A stretch of 60,466 bases of DNA, filler included. It is 6 parts of 6 records of this genome, joined end to end, with 100 filler letters (N's around TTAATTAATTAA, not from the genome) between each part and the next. Parts side by side here need not be neighbours in the genome. Positions count along the whole stretch, not along the records: positions 1 to 12,541 come from SRR31156797_11848; positions 12,642 to 17,762 come from SRR31156797_11849; positions 17,863 to 25,278 come from SRR31156797_11851; 3 more parts are not named here. One strand, written 5' to 3'. Shown piece after piece: positions 10,136 to 18,578 of the stretch. The notes below the pieces were generated by a model. That model was not told the origin of the DNA and did no database searches. It saw only the letters and a list, made by a program, of their open reading frames with translations. Within the stretch, counting starts at the first letter, position 1. Each line of letters opens with the position of its first letter. The position numbers and the translations under genes are program-made.

Positions 10136-10203
10136 ATGCTTTCCCCCCTGTCTTTTTCAGATTCACCCGGTAGAAACCGGGTGAATCCCCAAACCGGACT
10201 TTG

Positions 10204-10776
10204 CTAAAAATGATCAGACATTTTATAAAACATCAGGGCGTTCAGGACCAGTCCGTGATCAATCGTCCCCTCCCTGACAAGAGCCGCCACTTCTGCATAG
10301 GAGTGGAGAAAACATTCTATATCTTCCATATCATCCATCCTGGGTTCTGAAGATTTCACCGCGTCTCGTACCATGATGGTATAGCAGTAATTTCGCTGCA
10401 AGGCCGGGTTAGGGCAAACTTTACCGATTATAAACGGGTTACTGCCGGTATAACCGGTTTCTTCGAGCAGTTCGCGACAGCCTGCGGTCACAGGATCTTC
10501 ACCAGGATCAATCATACCGCCGGGAATTTCAATTTCCTGTCGACGGCTCCCATACCGAAACTGACGAATCATGACCAACTGGTTGTCGGGTGTTACGGCA
10601 ACAACGTTGACCCAGTCGGTAAAATCAAACAAAAAAAATTCTTTTTCCCGGCCGGTCCGACTACATTTAGCTGGACCGGACCTGATAGACCCCAAAGATG
10701 TTTTAAGCAGTTCTTTTTCTTCCGCCAGTTCCCAGCCACCCAATGGATCATTATTGCCCATGATTCTTGCCTTCAT
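10204..10776 (-). CDS. NUDIX hydrolase (ADP-ribose pyrophosphatase-like)
   Basis: RQFRYG plus Nudix box PGGMIDPGEDPVTAGCRELLEETG. Confidence 0.88.
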   Translation of the reverse strand: MKARIMGNNDPLGGWELAEEKELLKTSLGSIRSGPAKCSRTGREKEFFLFDFTDWVNVVAVTPDNQLVMIRQFRYGSRRQEIEIPGGMIDPGEDPVTAGCRELLEETGYTGSNPFIIGKVCPNPALQRNYCYTIMVRDAVKSSEPRMDDMEDIECFLHSYAEVAALVREGTIDHGLVLNALMFYKMSDHF

Positions 10777-10971
10777 CTCTTTCTTTTTAAAACCTCTACT
10801 CCACCCATAAAGCAGAAAAAGCATACCACACTCGCCACATGATCAACAGACAGTTAAGCCGCATATGGTGTATATGTAAATAACCACTTGCTCTTGTTTA
10901 ACGGTCTGATAAAATATATTATTGGTTAAAAAAAGTCATTCACCATTCCACTAACAATATTATTGAAAATT

Positions 10972-11358
10972 ATGCTTAGAGATTTAGCACTCGCTGCAAA
11001 AGCAGCCTGCAGTCTTGAAGACCAGGCAAGTCTAGTTCCAATCGTCACACTCCTCGCCAAACTGGGGCAAAATGCGAGTAAAAAAGGACTCCTTGCACTT
11101 GAAAGTGAACTGAGTAACATCAAAGATCCATTTCTAAACCTAGCCATCCAACTTATTGTTGATGAGGTGGAGCCTGAAAACTTGAAAGACATCTTAGATT
11201 CGGACATCTACTACAATGAATCCAACGGTAGAGAATTGTTGAAAAAAATAATCATTCGTGAGGGGGCATTACGAATTCAATCCGGTGACAATCACAGAAA
11301 CATTCTCATCTGTACCAAAATATTTTTAGGCAAACTGGATCAGAGTTACTGGGCGTGA
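10972..11358 (+). CDS. Small soluble protein resembling the cytoplasmic domain of MotA
   Basis: KKGLLALESELSNIKDPFLNLAIQLIVDEVEPENLKDIL matches the MotA loop pattern GLLALE...DPFL...QL.VD; no transmembrane segments. Confidence 0.55.
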   Translation: MLRDLALAAKAACSLEDQASLVPIVTLLAKLGQNASKKGLLALESELSNIKDPFLNLAIQLIVDEVEPENLKDILDSDIYYNESNGRELLKKIIIREGALRIQSGDNHRNILICTKIFLGKLDQSYWA

Positions 11359-11734
11359 TTACTGTTAACAATTTTATTTCATGGAACTCTTCAAGCTGCC
11401 AGGCATGCAGACTACTGATTACCAGCAGTGTAGCACAGCCCTCAAGTACATCATGCAGCCAACCGGCGGCAAGTACCTCACTGCACCGACGCAATGAACA
11501 ATACAATTAAAGCGATCTGTTTCTTCATCCTTCCTCCTGTTGGCAATATCGCTCCCGTTCGGAAGCGATATTGACCTTTCCGCTTCGATATATCAGCCAT
11601 ATAGTGAAAGTATAAATTGCGAAATACACCTTTGCAGTAAGGCTAAACGATGGCATCGACCGCCTTATTGGAAGCCAATTGAACAAGAGCAATGCTATCA
11701 ATGTATTCCCAATAACCTGCGTGGGGAGATTACC

Positions 11735-12178
11735 ATGAAAGATCAGTTCATTGTGTCAGCATTTATTGTATGCCTAACGATGACAGCACCAGGATGTTCG
11801 CCAAAGAAAACCATGCTGCTTCAGACTGAAGGCACAGAGATTTGTGAGGAAATAAAATCGGGAAAGATGTGGCAAAAAGGAAAAGGAGGGCCTTTTTCCA
11901 CCTTGCATGCGGCTGAGCAGTATGCTGCAGAGTTACAACTAGGCGGTTACAGTGATTGGCGGTTGCCCAGTAAAGAGGAATTGTTTGAGCTGTACCATAT
12001 TTTCTTCTGGAAAAAGAATAACAATTGCGATCTTAACCAGAGCGGTGAGTTCTGGTCTGTTGGAAAAGATCGAAAATCAAGCCTTGGTCATTGGGAAATG
12101 TATTTTTTATGTGACCCTGAATTCAATTATGTGAATTCGCTTAAAACAAGCGGCTATGTTCGGGCAATACGCCCTTAA
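11735..12178 (+). CDS. DUF1566 (Lcl C-terminal domain) probable lipoprotein
   Basis: SGKMWQK, LQLGGYSDWRLPSKEEL, GYVRAIR; lipobox-like TAPGC; RBS GGGGAG before ATG 11735. Confidence 0.8.
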   Translation: MKDQFIVSAFIVCLTMTAPGCSPKKTMLLQTEGTEICEEIKSGKMWQKGKGGPFSTLHAAEQYAAELQLGGYSDWRLPSKEELFELYHIFFWKKNNNCDLNQSGEFWSVGKDRKSSLGHWEMYFLCDPEFNYVNSLKTSGYVRAIRP

Positions 12179-12280
12179 AGACGAAGCATTATCAAAAAAA
12201 TATTGCAGATTTCCCCGCATAAGAGGACTCAACGACGGGCTGGGCCTGCTCCTGAACCCGTCGTCGACCATTGGGTGCTC

Positions 12281-12520
12281 TTATTTAAGGGCAGATAACT
12301 CTTTCACGTCGAGTTTGCCATCCTTGTTAACATCAAGCACGTTGAAAGCTTCAACCACCTCAGGCATTTCCTGCGCCTCTTCAAGAGAGACAAAGCCATC
12401 TTTATCTTTATCCAGTCCCATAAGGGGATGGGTATCGGCAAATACATTTCCAGCTGCCAGGGAAAGAGATAAGGCGGCCATTGCAACTACAGTTTTTTTC
12501 ATCATGATTATATTCTCCAT
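12281..12520 (-). CDS. Small secreted double EF-hand protein
   Basis: Signal peptide ending VFA; EF loops DKDKDGFVSLEE and DVNKDGKLDVKE. Start may be 12505 instead. Confidence 0.8.
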   Translation of the reverse strand: MENIIMMKKTVVAMAALSLSLAAGNVFADTHPLMGLDKDKDGFVSLEEAQEMPEVVEAFNVLDVNKDGKLDVKELSALK

Positions 12521-12541
12521 ATTTTCACTTTAAAAGTGTTT

Positions 12542-12641
12542 NNNNNNNNNNNNNNNNNNNNNNNNNNNNNNNNNNNNNNNNNNNNTTAATTAATTAANNN
12601 NNNNNNNNNNNNNNNNNNNNNNNNNNNNNNNNNNNNNNNNN
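12542..12641. other. Artificial contig spacer
   Basis: N44-TTAATTAATTAA-N44 (stop codons in all six frames). Confidence 0.99.
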
Positions 12642-12642
12642 C

Positions 12643-12792
12643 TTAAAGAAGAGCAATGATGAGTATAAGCTCAATTCTGCCATTCAGTTTTTTTTAGATC
12701 TTTACAACCAGCAGCCCCTCTCCATTCAGAAAGAATTAAGAAAAGAATGGAAACAGGCCGGATTGGGTGATTTACCTCCAGAAAAGAAATAA
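12643..12792 (+). CDS. 3' fragment of an unknown protein
   Basis: Open frame from the contig edge: LKKSNDEYKLNSAIQFFLDLY...LPPEKK*. Confidence 0.4.
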   Translation, partial: LKKSNDEYKLNSAIQFFLDLYNQQPLSIQKELRKEWKQAGLGDLPPEKK

Positions 12793-12917
12793 TTTCCTTG
12801 AGATTTCATGGGGAAAGGGGTGCCCGGACCGGAGCCCCTCAGTTCCCATACGATTGCCGCCCACGCCTATAACCATGGCATGGACGGCCCTAATAAAAAA
12901 ACCGCCATGTCCCCTTC

Positions 12918-14033
12918 CTAGAACATTCTTTCCAGCAAAGGAGTTCTCTTCATCAGAGATGACGTTGCCCAGGAGAGGATTACGGCAACGGCCATGGTCA
13001 GGAAAAATTTAAGAAAAAGCGGCAGATCGCTTTTGGTCAGGCCATAGGCGGTTCCGAAAATAAAGAACTGGTGAACATAATAGCTTCCGTAGGAGTTAGC
13101 CGAAAAATGCTTCAGGAAAGGTCCTGTCCTGTTCAAGCGGCCCTTGCAGATTGCCAGCAGGGACATAATGGAAGATAAACAGAAGGTGTTGAACAATAAG
13201 GAATTGATGCCTTGAAGCATGAGGGTTGTCAGTTTCGGCTCCGGGAATATGAGTTTCCAGGCGAGGTACAATGCGCCGGAAGCAAGACATACCAATGTCC
13301 AGGGGAGTATTTTGGGATTGTAACCGCCATTGGTGAACCACCGGTTTTGCTCACAATAAATCCCAAGTAAAAAATAGAGAAACAGCCCCGCGATCCTGAC
13401 GGGCTGGAAGACAAACACATACCCCGGATGAATCCAGGCGTCCAGAGGGAAGAACTGGTCGGCCCCAAGGAACAGGGCGGTGGTGAGGGCGATAAAACCT
13501 GTGTGGAATAAGAGTCCCGGCATCCTGCCCTTTTCAGGCTTTTCCAGGAGAGAGGGAAACAGCCTGGCAACCATGGTTACCACCGCGACAAATCCCAGCA
13601 GCACCCCCAAAAACCAGTAATGTGCCTGCTGGTATGCCTTTCCCCAGAAATCACCGGCCCAGAAATCCGGAAAGGAAACGGGAATACTTCTTGAATAATA
13701 GATCATATACGCGAGGGGCGGCGCCAGCAAAAGAACGCCCATCACCCAGGGGATTGCAATTCTCCACCCCTTGTCCCTGATGAATTGCGCGGTTCCTTTT
13801 CTTCTCAGGGAAGAAAAAGTAAAATACCCGGAAATAAAAAACATTGCAGGCATGATAAAGACATCCGTCAAGAGAACAATGCAGGTAAAAAGAATACTTC
13901 GGTCAGGATCCAGAACATACCACCACTCCGGAGCATAGGCCATGTAGCATAAGGATGTGTGGAGAAGGATCACCATGACGATGATCAGACTTCTCAGATT
14001 ATCCATAAAATAAAGCCGGTTTGAAGGGTTCAT
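12918..14033 (-). CDS. Acyltransferase family 3 membrane protein (OpgC/MdoC-like)
   Basis: RLYFMDNLR..LH, FIMPAMFFISGYF, HYWFL, SYGSYYVH; multiple TM helices. Confidence 0.88.
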   Translation of the reverse strand: MNPSNRLYFMDNLRSLIIVMVILLHTSLCYMAYAPEWWYVLDPDRSILFTCIVLLTDVFIMPAMFFISGYFTFSSLRRKGTAQFIRDKGWRIAIPWVMGVLLLAPPLAYMIYYSRSIPVSFPDFWAGDFWGKAYQQAHYWFLGVLLGFVAVVTMVARLFPSLLEKPEKGRMPGLLFHTGFIALTTALFLGADQFFPLDAWIHPGYVFVFQPVRIAGLFLYFLLGIYCEQNRWFTNGGYNPKILPWTLVCLASGALYLAWKLIFPEPKLTTLMLQGINSLLFNTFCLSSIMSLLAICKGRLNRTGPFLKHFSANSYGSYYVHQFFIFGTAYGLTKSDLPLFLKFFLTMAVAVILSWATSSLMKRTPLLERMF

Positions 14034-14163
14034 CTTTACTCCTTTTTTCCTTCATTAAAAAAGGAGTAATACTTACCAATGAAGAAGCCTTCTGTCAACA
14101 ATGGAAAACCGGCTTCAGCCGATCCGGCAGGTAACCGGTTATATCAGTTTCTCACCTGAAGAA

Positions 14164-14484
14164 TTAATTTTCCAAGGCCAATTGTCTTCTATGCTTTTTA
14201 ATGTATGCTTCAACAATGGAATCGAGCTGGTTTTTTACGATGGACTTATAGACAAGATATTTTTCATCTTCTTCATTCGTTCTGTTTTTTTCCAGATAAT
14301 AATTTATCAGGTTGATGTAGTCATCAATAATTCTTTCCTTAACTTCAACAAACTTTTCCGCAGGCCTGAACATATCATCCGATTTTACATCCCTATAATG
14401 CATTACATACAGCGCTTTAAGCAAATTATAATCACCAATCTGCATGGACTTGTCGACTATCTTTTTAAAATAATCCTGTCCCAT
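14164..14484 (-). CDS. Hypothetical protein, AT-rich
   Basis: 106-aa charged helical ORF with RBS GGGAG upstream of the ATG. Confidence 0.55.
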   Translation of the reverse strand: MGQDYFKKIVDKSMQIGDYNLLKALYVMHYRDVKSDDMFRPAEKFVEVKERIIDDYINLINYYLEKNRTNEEDEKYLVYKSIVKNQLDSIVEAYIKKHRRQLALEN

Positions 14485-14690
14485 ATCACGCTCCCATTTT
14501 TAATTGTAATATTTCTCAGCAAATACAATTTTGTTGCTTTATTTGGAGTGTTGGCTTGTCATTTTATTAAGGAGCTCACCGGCATGCACTTAATATGTGT
14601 AAGACGAGACGATGGGTTTTGTCAAGAAAAGTATATGATCACATGAGCATCCCCGAGCCCTCTCCGTCACCGTATAAAAAGGCGCACGAC

Positions 14691-16298
14691 TTACTTTCGG
14701 GACTCCAGGTATTTCAACATCTGCCGCATGGTGAGACTCAAGCTGGAGGGACCGCTGCGCACATAAAACGATTCGTCTTTTTTATTGATCAGAAAGACAG
14801 GATCATCCACCCGCTCACACTCGATCGCCATCACCGTGCAGCCGTCAATGACGCCAATGGAAAGGTGGATGTACTTGGCGAACTCCGGACCGATATGCTG
14901 GTTCATGAGGTTTCGGAAATGAAGCCGGCATTTGTCTTCGCTTTCAAACCCGTCCGGGGCCGTTCCGACCACCTCGCCATCATCATTGACACCGATAACA
15001 ATCATTCCGCCGTTGGTGTTCATAAACGCGGACACGGATTTCATCCAGGCCACTTCGATATTCTTGTCGTTTTTCCCTGTCTTGAGGTTCATGCGCATGG
15101 TGGATTTAAACTCCAGGGTGGCCCCCTCCCCCTGGCTGATGATACGCCGGACATCATTGGCAAAGTGGGCGTCACGGATCACCCGGTTCGGCACATCCCG
15201 AAGATGGTGGCGATACTTCCAGACCACAAACCCGGCCATGAGAAGGCCCAGGGCAAAGACCCCCAGTACCACCACCAGAATAGCCCAGCGTTTCTCCTGA
15301 ACTTTATTAAGGAAATCCGATTGCGGCACCACCACACCGATCCAGAATTCCCGGGTATCGGCGTTGATGGGCTCCACCCCCGCCCAGTAGGTCTTGCCCC
15401 CGCAGGGAAACATAAAGGCCGTTGCCGGCTTGCCCTTGGCGTGCCAGGCGGCCATGGCATCACGCACGTTGGCGGCCTCCACCTCGGTATGGCGGGATGA
15501 GAAGCGGGGGTCCCCAGTTCCTGTCTCCATGTTCACCGGATGGTAAACCGATGTGTCGCCATCAAACAAAAACGCGGTCCCGTTGGCGCCCACCCTGGTT
15601 TCCGAGATGCGGTTGAACAACCCGTTTATCGAGACGTCAAGGGCCATCACCGATATCTCTGCCGCCTCCTTGCCCGAAGGCCAGGTCATGACAGCGGACA
15701 ATCCGGGAATATCGTCGTAGTCGAACATATAGGGAGGTATCCAGGTGACGCCTGCCTGGTTCTGGGGAGAGTGGGAAAGGCCCACCCGATACCAGAGGCG
15801 GTCTTTAAAACCATACGCCTTTTTTTCAACCCTGATCTCCAGGGGGTGGCCGTTCACCCACTGCTGCCAGAGGGTCTCCCCGGGCTTGTCCGGGGAGGTG
15901 GTGCGTGTCATCCAGATGTTGTCATTGCGGGTAAGAAGGTAAGAGCGGCCGGAGGTATCCCCGAATTTGATGCCCCCTACCTGGGGAAGGTTCTCCATGA
16001 TGGGGATCAGCTTGGCAGTGATGGAGGCCGTGTCGTCCATCCGCCAGATACCGGCAAGCCCCCACTTTTGAATCAACAAGGCATTGCTGACCACGGGCTC
16101 GTAAAACTGATAAATTCGATCCGCTGTATTGGTCAGGCTTTGCCGAATATGCTCTTGCGCAATGTCATTACGCATATTGGCGCCCTGAACAAGGGTGACC
16201 GCCGTGATGGCACCGGTGGTCAGCAAAATAATCACTATCAGGTCCCGCAGGAGGCGTTTTCGGGTATTGGCGGGGCCGAGCAATGTTTGTAAAATCAC
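14691..16298 (-). CDS. Membrane protein: TM - Cache-like periplasmic domain - TM - Schlafen/AlbA_2 domain
   Basis: TM LIVIILLTTGAITAVTLV; Cache-like RLWY...WIPPY...GLSAV...MALDVSI and GANGTAFLFD; second TM WAILVVVLGVFALGLLMAGFVVW; C-terminal GEGATLEFKS..SAFMNTNGGMIVIGVNDDGEVVG..FYVRSGPSS. GTG 16298 chosen from an upstream GGAG; exact start uncertain. Confidence 0.8.
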   Translation of the reverse strand: MILQTLLGPANTRKRLLRDLIVIILLTTGAITAVTLVQGANMRNDIAQEHIRQSLTNTADRIYQFYEPVVSNALLIQKWGLAGIWRMDDTASITAKLIPIMENLPQVGGIKFGDTSGRSYLLTRNDNIWMTRTTSPDKPGETLWQQWVNGHPLEIRVEKKAYGFKDRLWYRVGLSHSPQNQAGVTWIPPYMFDYDDIPGLSAVMTWPSGKEAAEISVMALDVSINGLFNRISETRVGANGTAFLFDGDTSVYHPVNMETGTGDPRFSSRHTEVEAANVRDAMAAWHAKGKPATAFMFPCGGKTYWAGVEPINADTREFWIGVVVPQSDFLNKVQEKRWAILVVVLGVFALGLLMAGFVVWKYRHHLRDVPNRVIRDAHFANDVRRIISQGEGATLEFKSTMRMNLKTGKNDKNIEVAWMKSVSAFMNTNGGMIVIGVNDDGEVVGTAPDGFESEDKCRLHFRNLMNQHIGPEFAKYIHLSIGVIDGCTVMAIECERVDDPVFLINKKDESFYVRSGPSSLSLTMRQMLKYLESRK

Positions 16299-16369
16299 AG
16301 GGTTTCTTTCTCCAGGAATAATATCAAAAAAACGTAAAAACAACGTTGTTCCGTCTTCAAAAACTTGTA

Positions 16370-16399
16370 AGTTTAGGATAGGAGGCCGCTTTTTGTCAA
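16370..16399 (-). promoter_or_regulatory. Putative sigma70 promoter of the Cache-Schlafen gene
   Basis: Minus strand reads TTGACA-N18-TAAACT, about 70 nt upstream of GTG 16298. Confidence 0.4.
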
Positions 16400-16563
16400 G
16401 AACAGTATAAAAATTCCATCCCCCATGTGATAAAAAAATGTTGTAAAAGACAAGGGGCAAATGTTAGGGTATGAATCCTGATCGACTCGGAGTCAGCCTG
16501 GCCACCGGCCCTTGCAGCCACACGGACCTGCATCCAACCGATACCGTAGAGAAAGGACGCTTT

Positions 16564-17616
16564 ATGCCATACTTCGAAACCGGACCGGGAAGAATTGTCC
16601 CCACCCTGTTTTTTACCGTTTTCATGCTCTGTCTGCCAACCGGCGATCTTTGGGCAGACCTTCAAAAGAACCTTACCGGTTGCGCCGCAATCGAAGATGA
16701 GGCCCTGCGCCTGCAATGTTACGATGAGCTGGCAGGCCGAAGCAAGCCCAGGGAAGCCGCCCCCGTACAAACCGCAATTGTCCCTCCTTCGAAATCTCAG
16801 ATAGTCTCCCCCCTGACGGATCTTTGGGAAATGGACAAGCGCCGGTCCCGGAGCCGATTTACCATCAAGATGCATCGCCCCAATTATATCATGCCCTTCA
16901 CCTACAACCCGTCCCCCAATAATGATCCGATCCATGAAATAGATCCGGGTAAGGATTTGCAGAAGTCTGAAGTGTCGTTTCAGCTCAGCATCAAGTCCAA
17001 ACTGTGGGAGGAAATCCTGGGAAAGGATATGGACCTGTGGGTCGGATACACCCAGCGCTCCTTCTGGCAGCTCTACGACACCGATTCCGCTCCGTTCCGT
17101 GAAACCAACTATGAACCGGAGCTTCTGCTCAACCTGCCCATGTCCATGGACCTGCTGGGGATGACCCTGCGTACCGTGAATTTCGGGATCAACCACCAGT
17201 CCAACGGCAGGGGTGAACCCCTCTCCCGGAGCTGGAACCGACTCGTGGCCAATTGGGGATTTGAGAAGGAAAACGTTTTCTCCGGCGAGGACATCCTGGT
17301 TTTGCAATTGAAATCCTGGTGGCGGATCCCTGAGAGCTCAAGCAGCGACGACAATCCGGATATTGAAGATTACCTGGGGAATGGCGAGATCTGGGGCTAT
17401 TATCTAAGGAAGGGGCACAGGTTTGGGATGATGGTTAGAAACAACCTGGATTTCAACGACAACCACGGTGCCTTCCAGGTGGAATGGAGCTACCCCCTGA
17501 ACGACCGGGTCAGCTGGTATGTCCAGTATTATACGGGATACGGAGAAAGCCTCCTGGACTATAATCACACCGTGAACCGCCTGGGGGCCGGATTCATCCT
17601 CACGGATTGGAATTGA
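16564..17616 (+). CDS. pldA: Outer-membrane phospholipase A1 (OMPLA)
   Basis: FQLSIK, GYTQRSFWQ, SAPFRETNYEPE, catalytic HQSNG, SRSWNR, GYGESLLDYNH. Confidence 0.9.
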   Translation: MPYFETGPGRIVPTLFFTVFMLCLPTGDLWADLQKNLTGCAAIEDEALRLQCYDELAGRSKPREAAPVQTAIVPPSKSQIVSPLTDLWEMDKRRSRSRFTIKMHRPNYIMPFTYNPSPNNDPIHEIDPGKDLQKSEVSFQLSIKSKLWEEILGKDMDLWVGYTQRSFWQLYDTDSAPFRETNYEPELLLNLPMSMDLLGMTLRTVNFGINHQSNGRGEPLSRSWNRLVANWGFEKENVFSGEDILVLQLKSWWRIPESSSSDDNPDIEDYLGNGEIWGYYLRKGHRFGMMVRNNLDFNDNHGAFQVEWSYPLNDRVSWYVQYYTGYGESLLDYNHTVNRLGAGFILTDWN

Positions 17617-17735
17617 CCTTGCCGCTTTATCCCAAGCACCATGCTTCCGTCCATGGAAAACAGAAAAAAGATTCGGAACCCATAAACGGATAAATATTTT
17701 CTATACGGAGTAAAAAAAGAAGAGAGAAAAAAAAG

Positions 17736-17762
17736 TGGCAGGCCAGGAGGGATTCGAACCCC
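17736..17762 (-). tRNA. tRNA 3' end (T-arm, acceptor strand, CCA), probably tRNA-Trp; truncated by contig end
   Basis: Reverse complement GGGGTTCGAATCCCTCCTGGCCTGCCA. Anticodon not visible; isotype inferred from the acceptor strand only. Confidence 0.75.
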
Positions 17763-17862
17763 NNNNNNNNNNNNNNNNNNNNNNNNNNNNNNNNNNNNNN
17801 NNNNNNTTAATTAATTAANNNNNNNNNNNNNNNNNNNNNNNNNNNNNNNNNNNNNNNNNNNN
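17763..17862. other. Artificial contig spacer
   Basis: N44-TTAATTAATTAA-N44. Confidence 0.99.
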
Positions 17863-18365
17863 GGGTGAAACTGAATTGCCCAGGTTTTTTCATTATCAAC
17901 CTTATAAGCGGCATAGTTTACATCTTCGGTAGAAGCTATAACCTTATAATCTTTAGGTAATTTTACTATTGTATCGCCATGCGACATCCAAACTTGCGAG
18001 TGCAGGCTGATGTTATCAAACAGTACACTATCGTGATCAATAAAACCAAGATTAGCACGACCATATTCCCGCGTATTAGATGGAGCAACCTCACCACCGT
18101 AAAAATGAGCCATGTATTGAGCACCATAACAAATACCAAGAACCGGTAATGTTCCTTTTATTTTAGAAAGGTCCGGTCGTGGAGCATCTTCATCGCGAAC
18201 CGAATAAGGGCTTCCCGAAAGGATAACACCTTTTACGCTCTCGTCAATCTCAGGGTAATGATTAAAAGGGTGGATTTCGCAATACACATTTAACTCTCGA
18301 ATTTTTCTACCTATTAATTGTGTGTATTGAGAACCAAAATCAAGGATCAAAATCTTTTCCTGCAT
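17863..18365 (-). CDS. guaA: GMP synthase (glutamine-hydrolysing), 5' part
   Basis: [39 protein letters not shown]; truncated by the contig end. Confidence 0.95.
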
Positions 18366-18392
18366 GAACTTTTACTTTATCTTATGAAAGCA

Positions 18393-18400
18393 CAAAAGTA
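18393..18400 (-). promoter_or_regulatory. Bacteroidota-type -7 promoter element upstream of guaA
   Basis: TACTTTTG matches TAnnTTTG. Similar elements at 18546-18553 (+, LysM gene) and 31607-31614 (-, upp). Confidence 0.5.
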
Positions 18401-18578
18401 AGAATAAGGTTGCAAATTGGATTCAAATGTTCATGAAAAAGAGGTGCTTGTTAACAACATCACAATGGTTTGGATGAATACTTCATAAAATCGAGAAAAT
18501 TATTCGTGAAACGACACGTTTAAATACATGTTGTAACATATTTGCTAAATTTGAACGAAATTTTAAATCGAAGGTTTA

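Noticed and set aside
14101-17307. Long alternative ORFs 14101..14646 (+), 14595..15500 (+), 15540..16292 (+), 16396..17307 (-)
   Set aside because: They are antisense shadows of better-supported genes and show no recognisable motifs.
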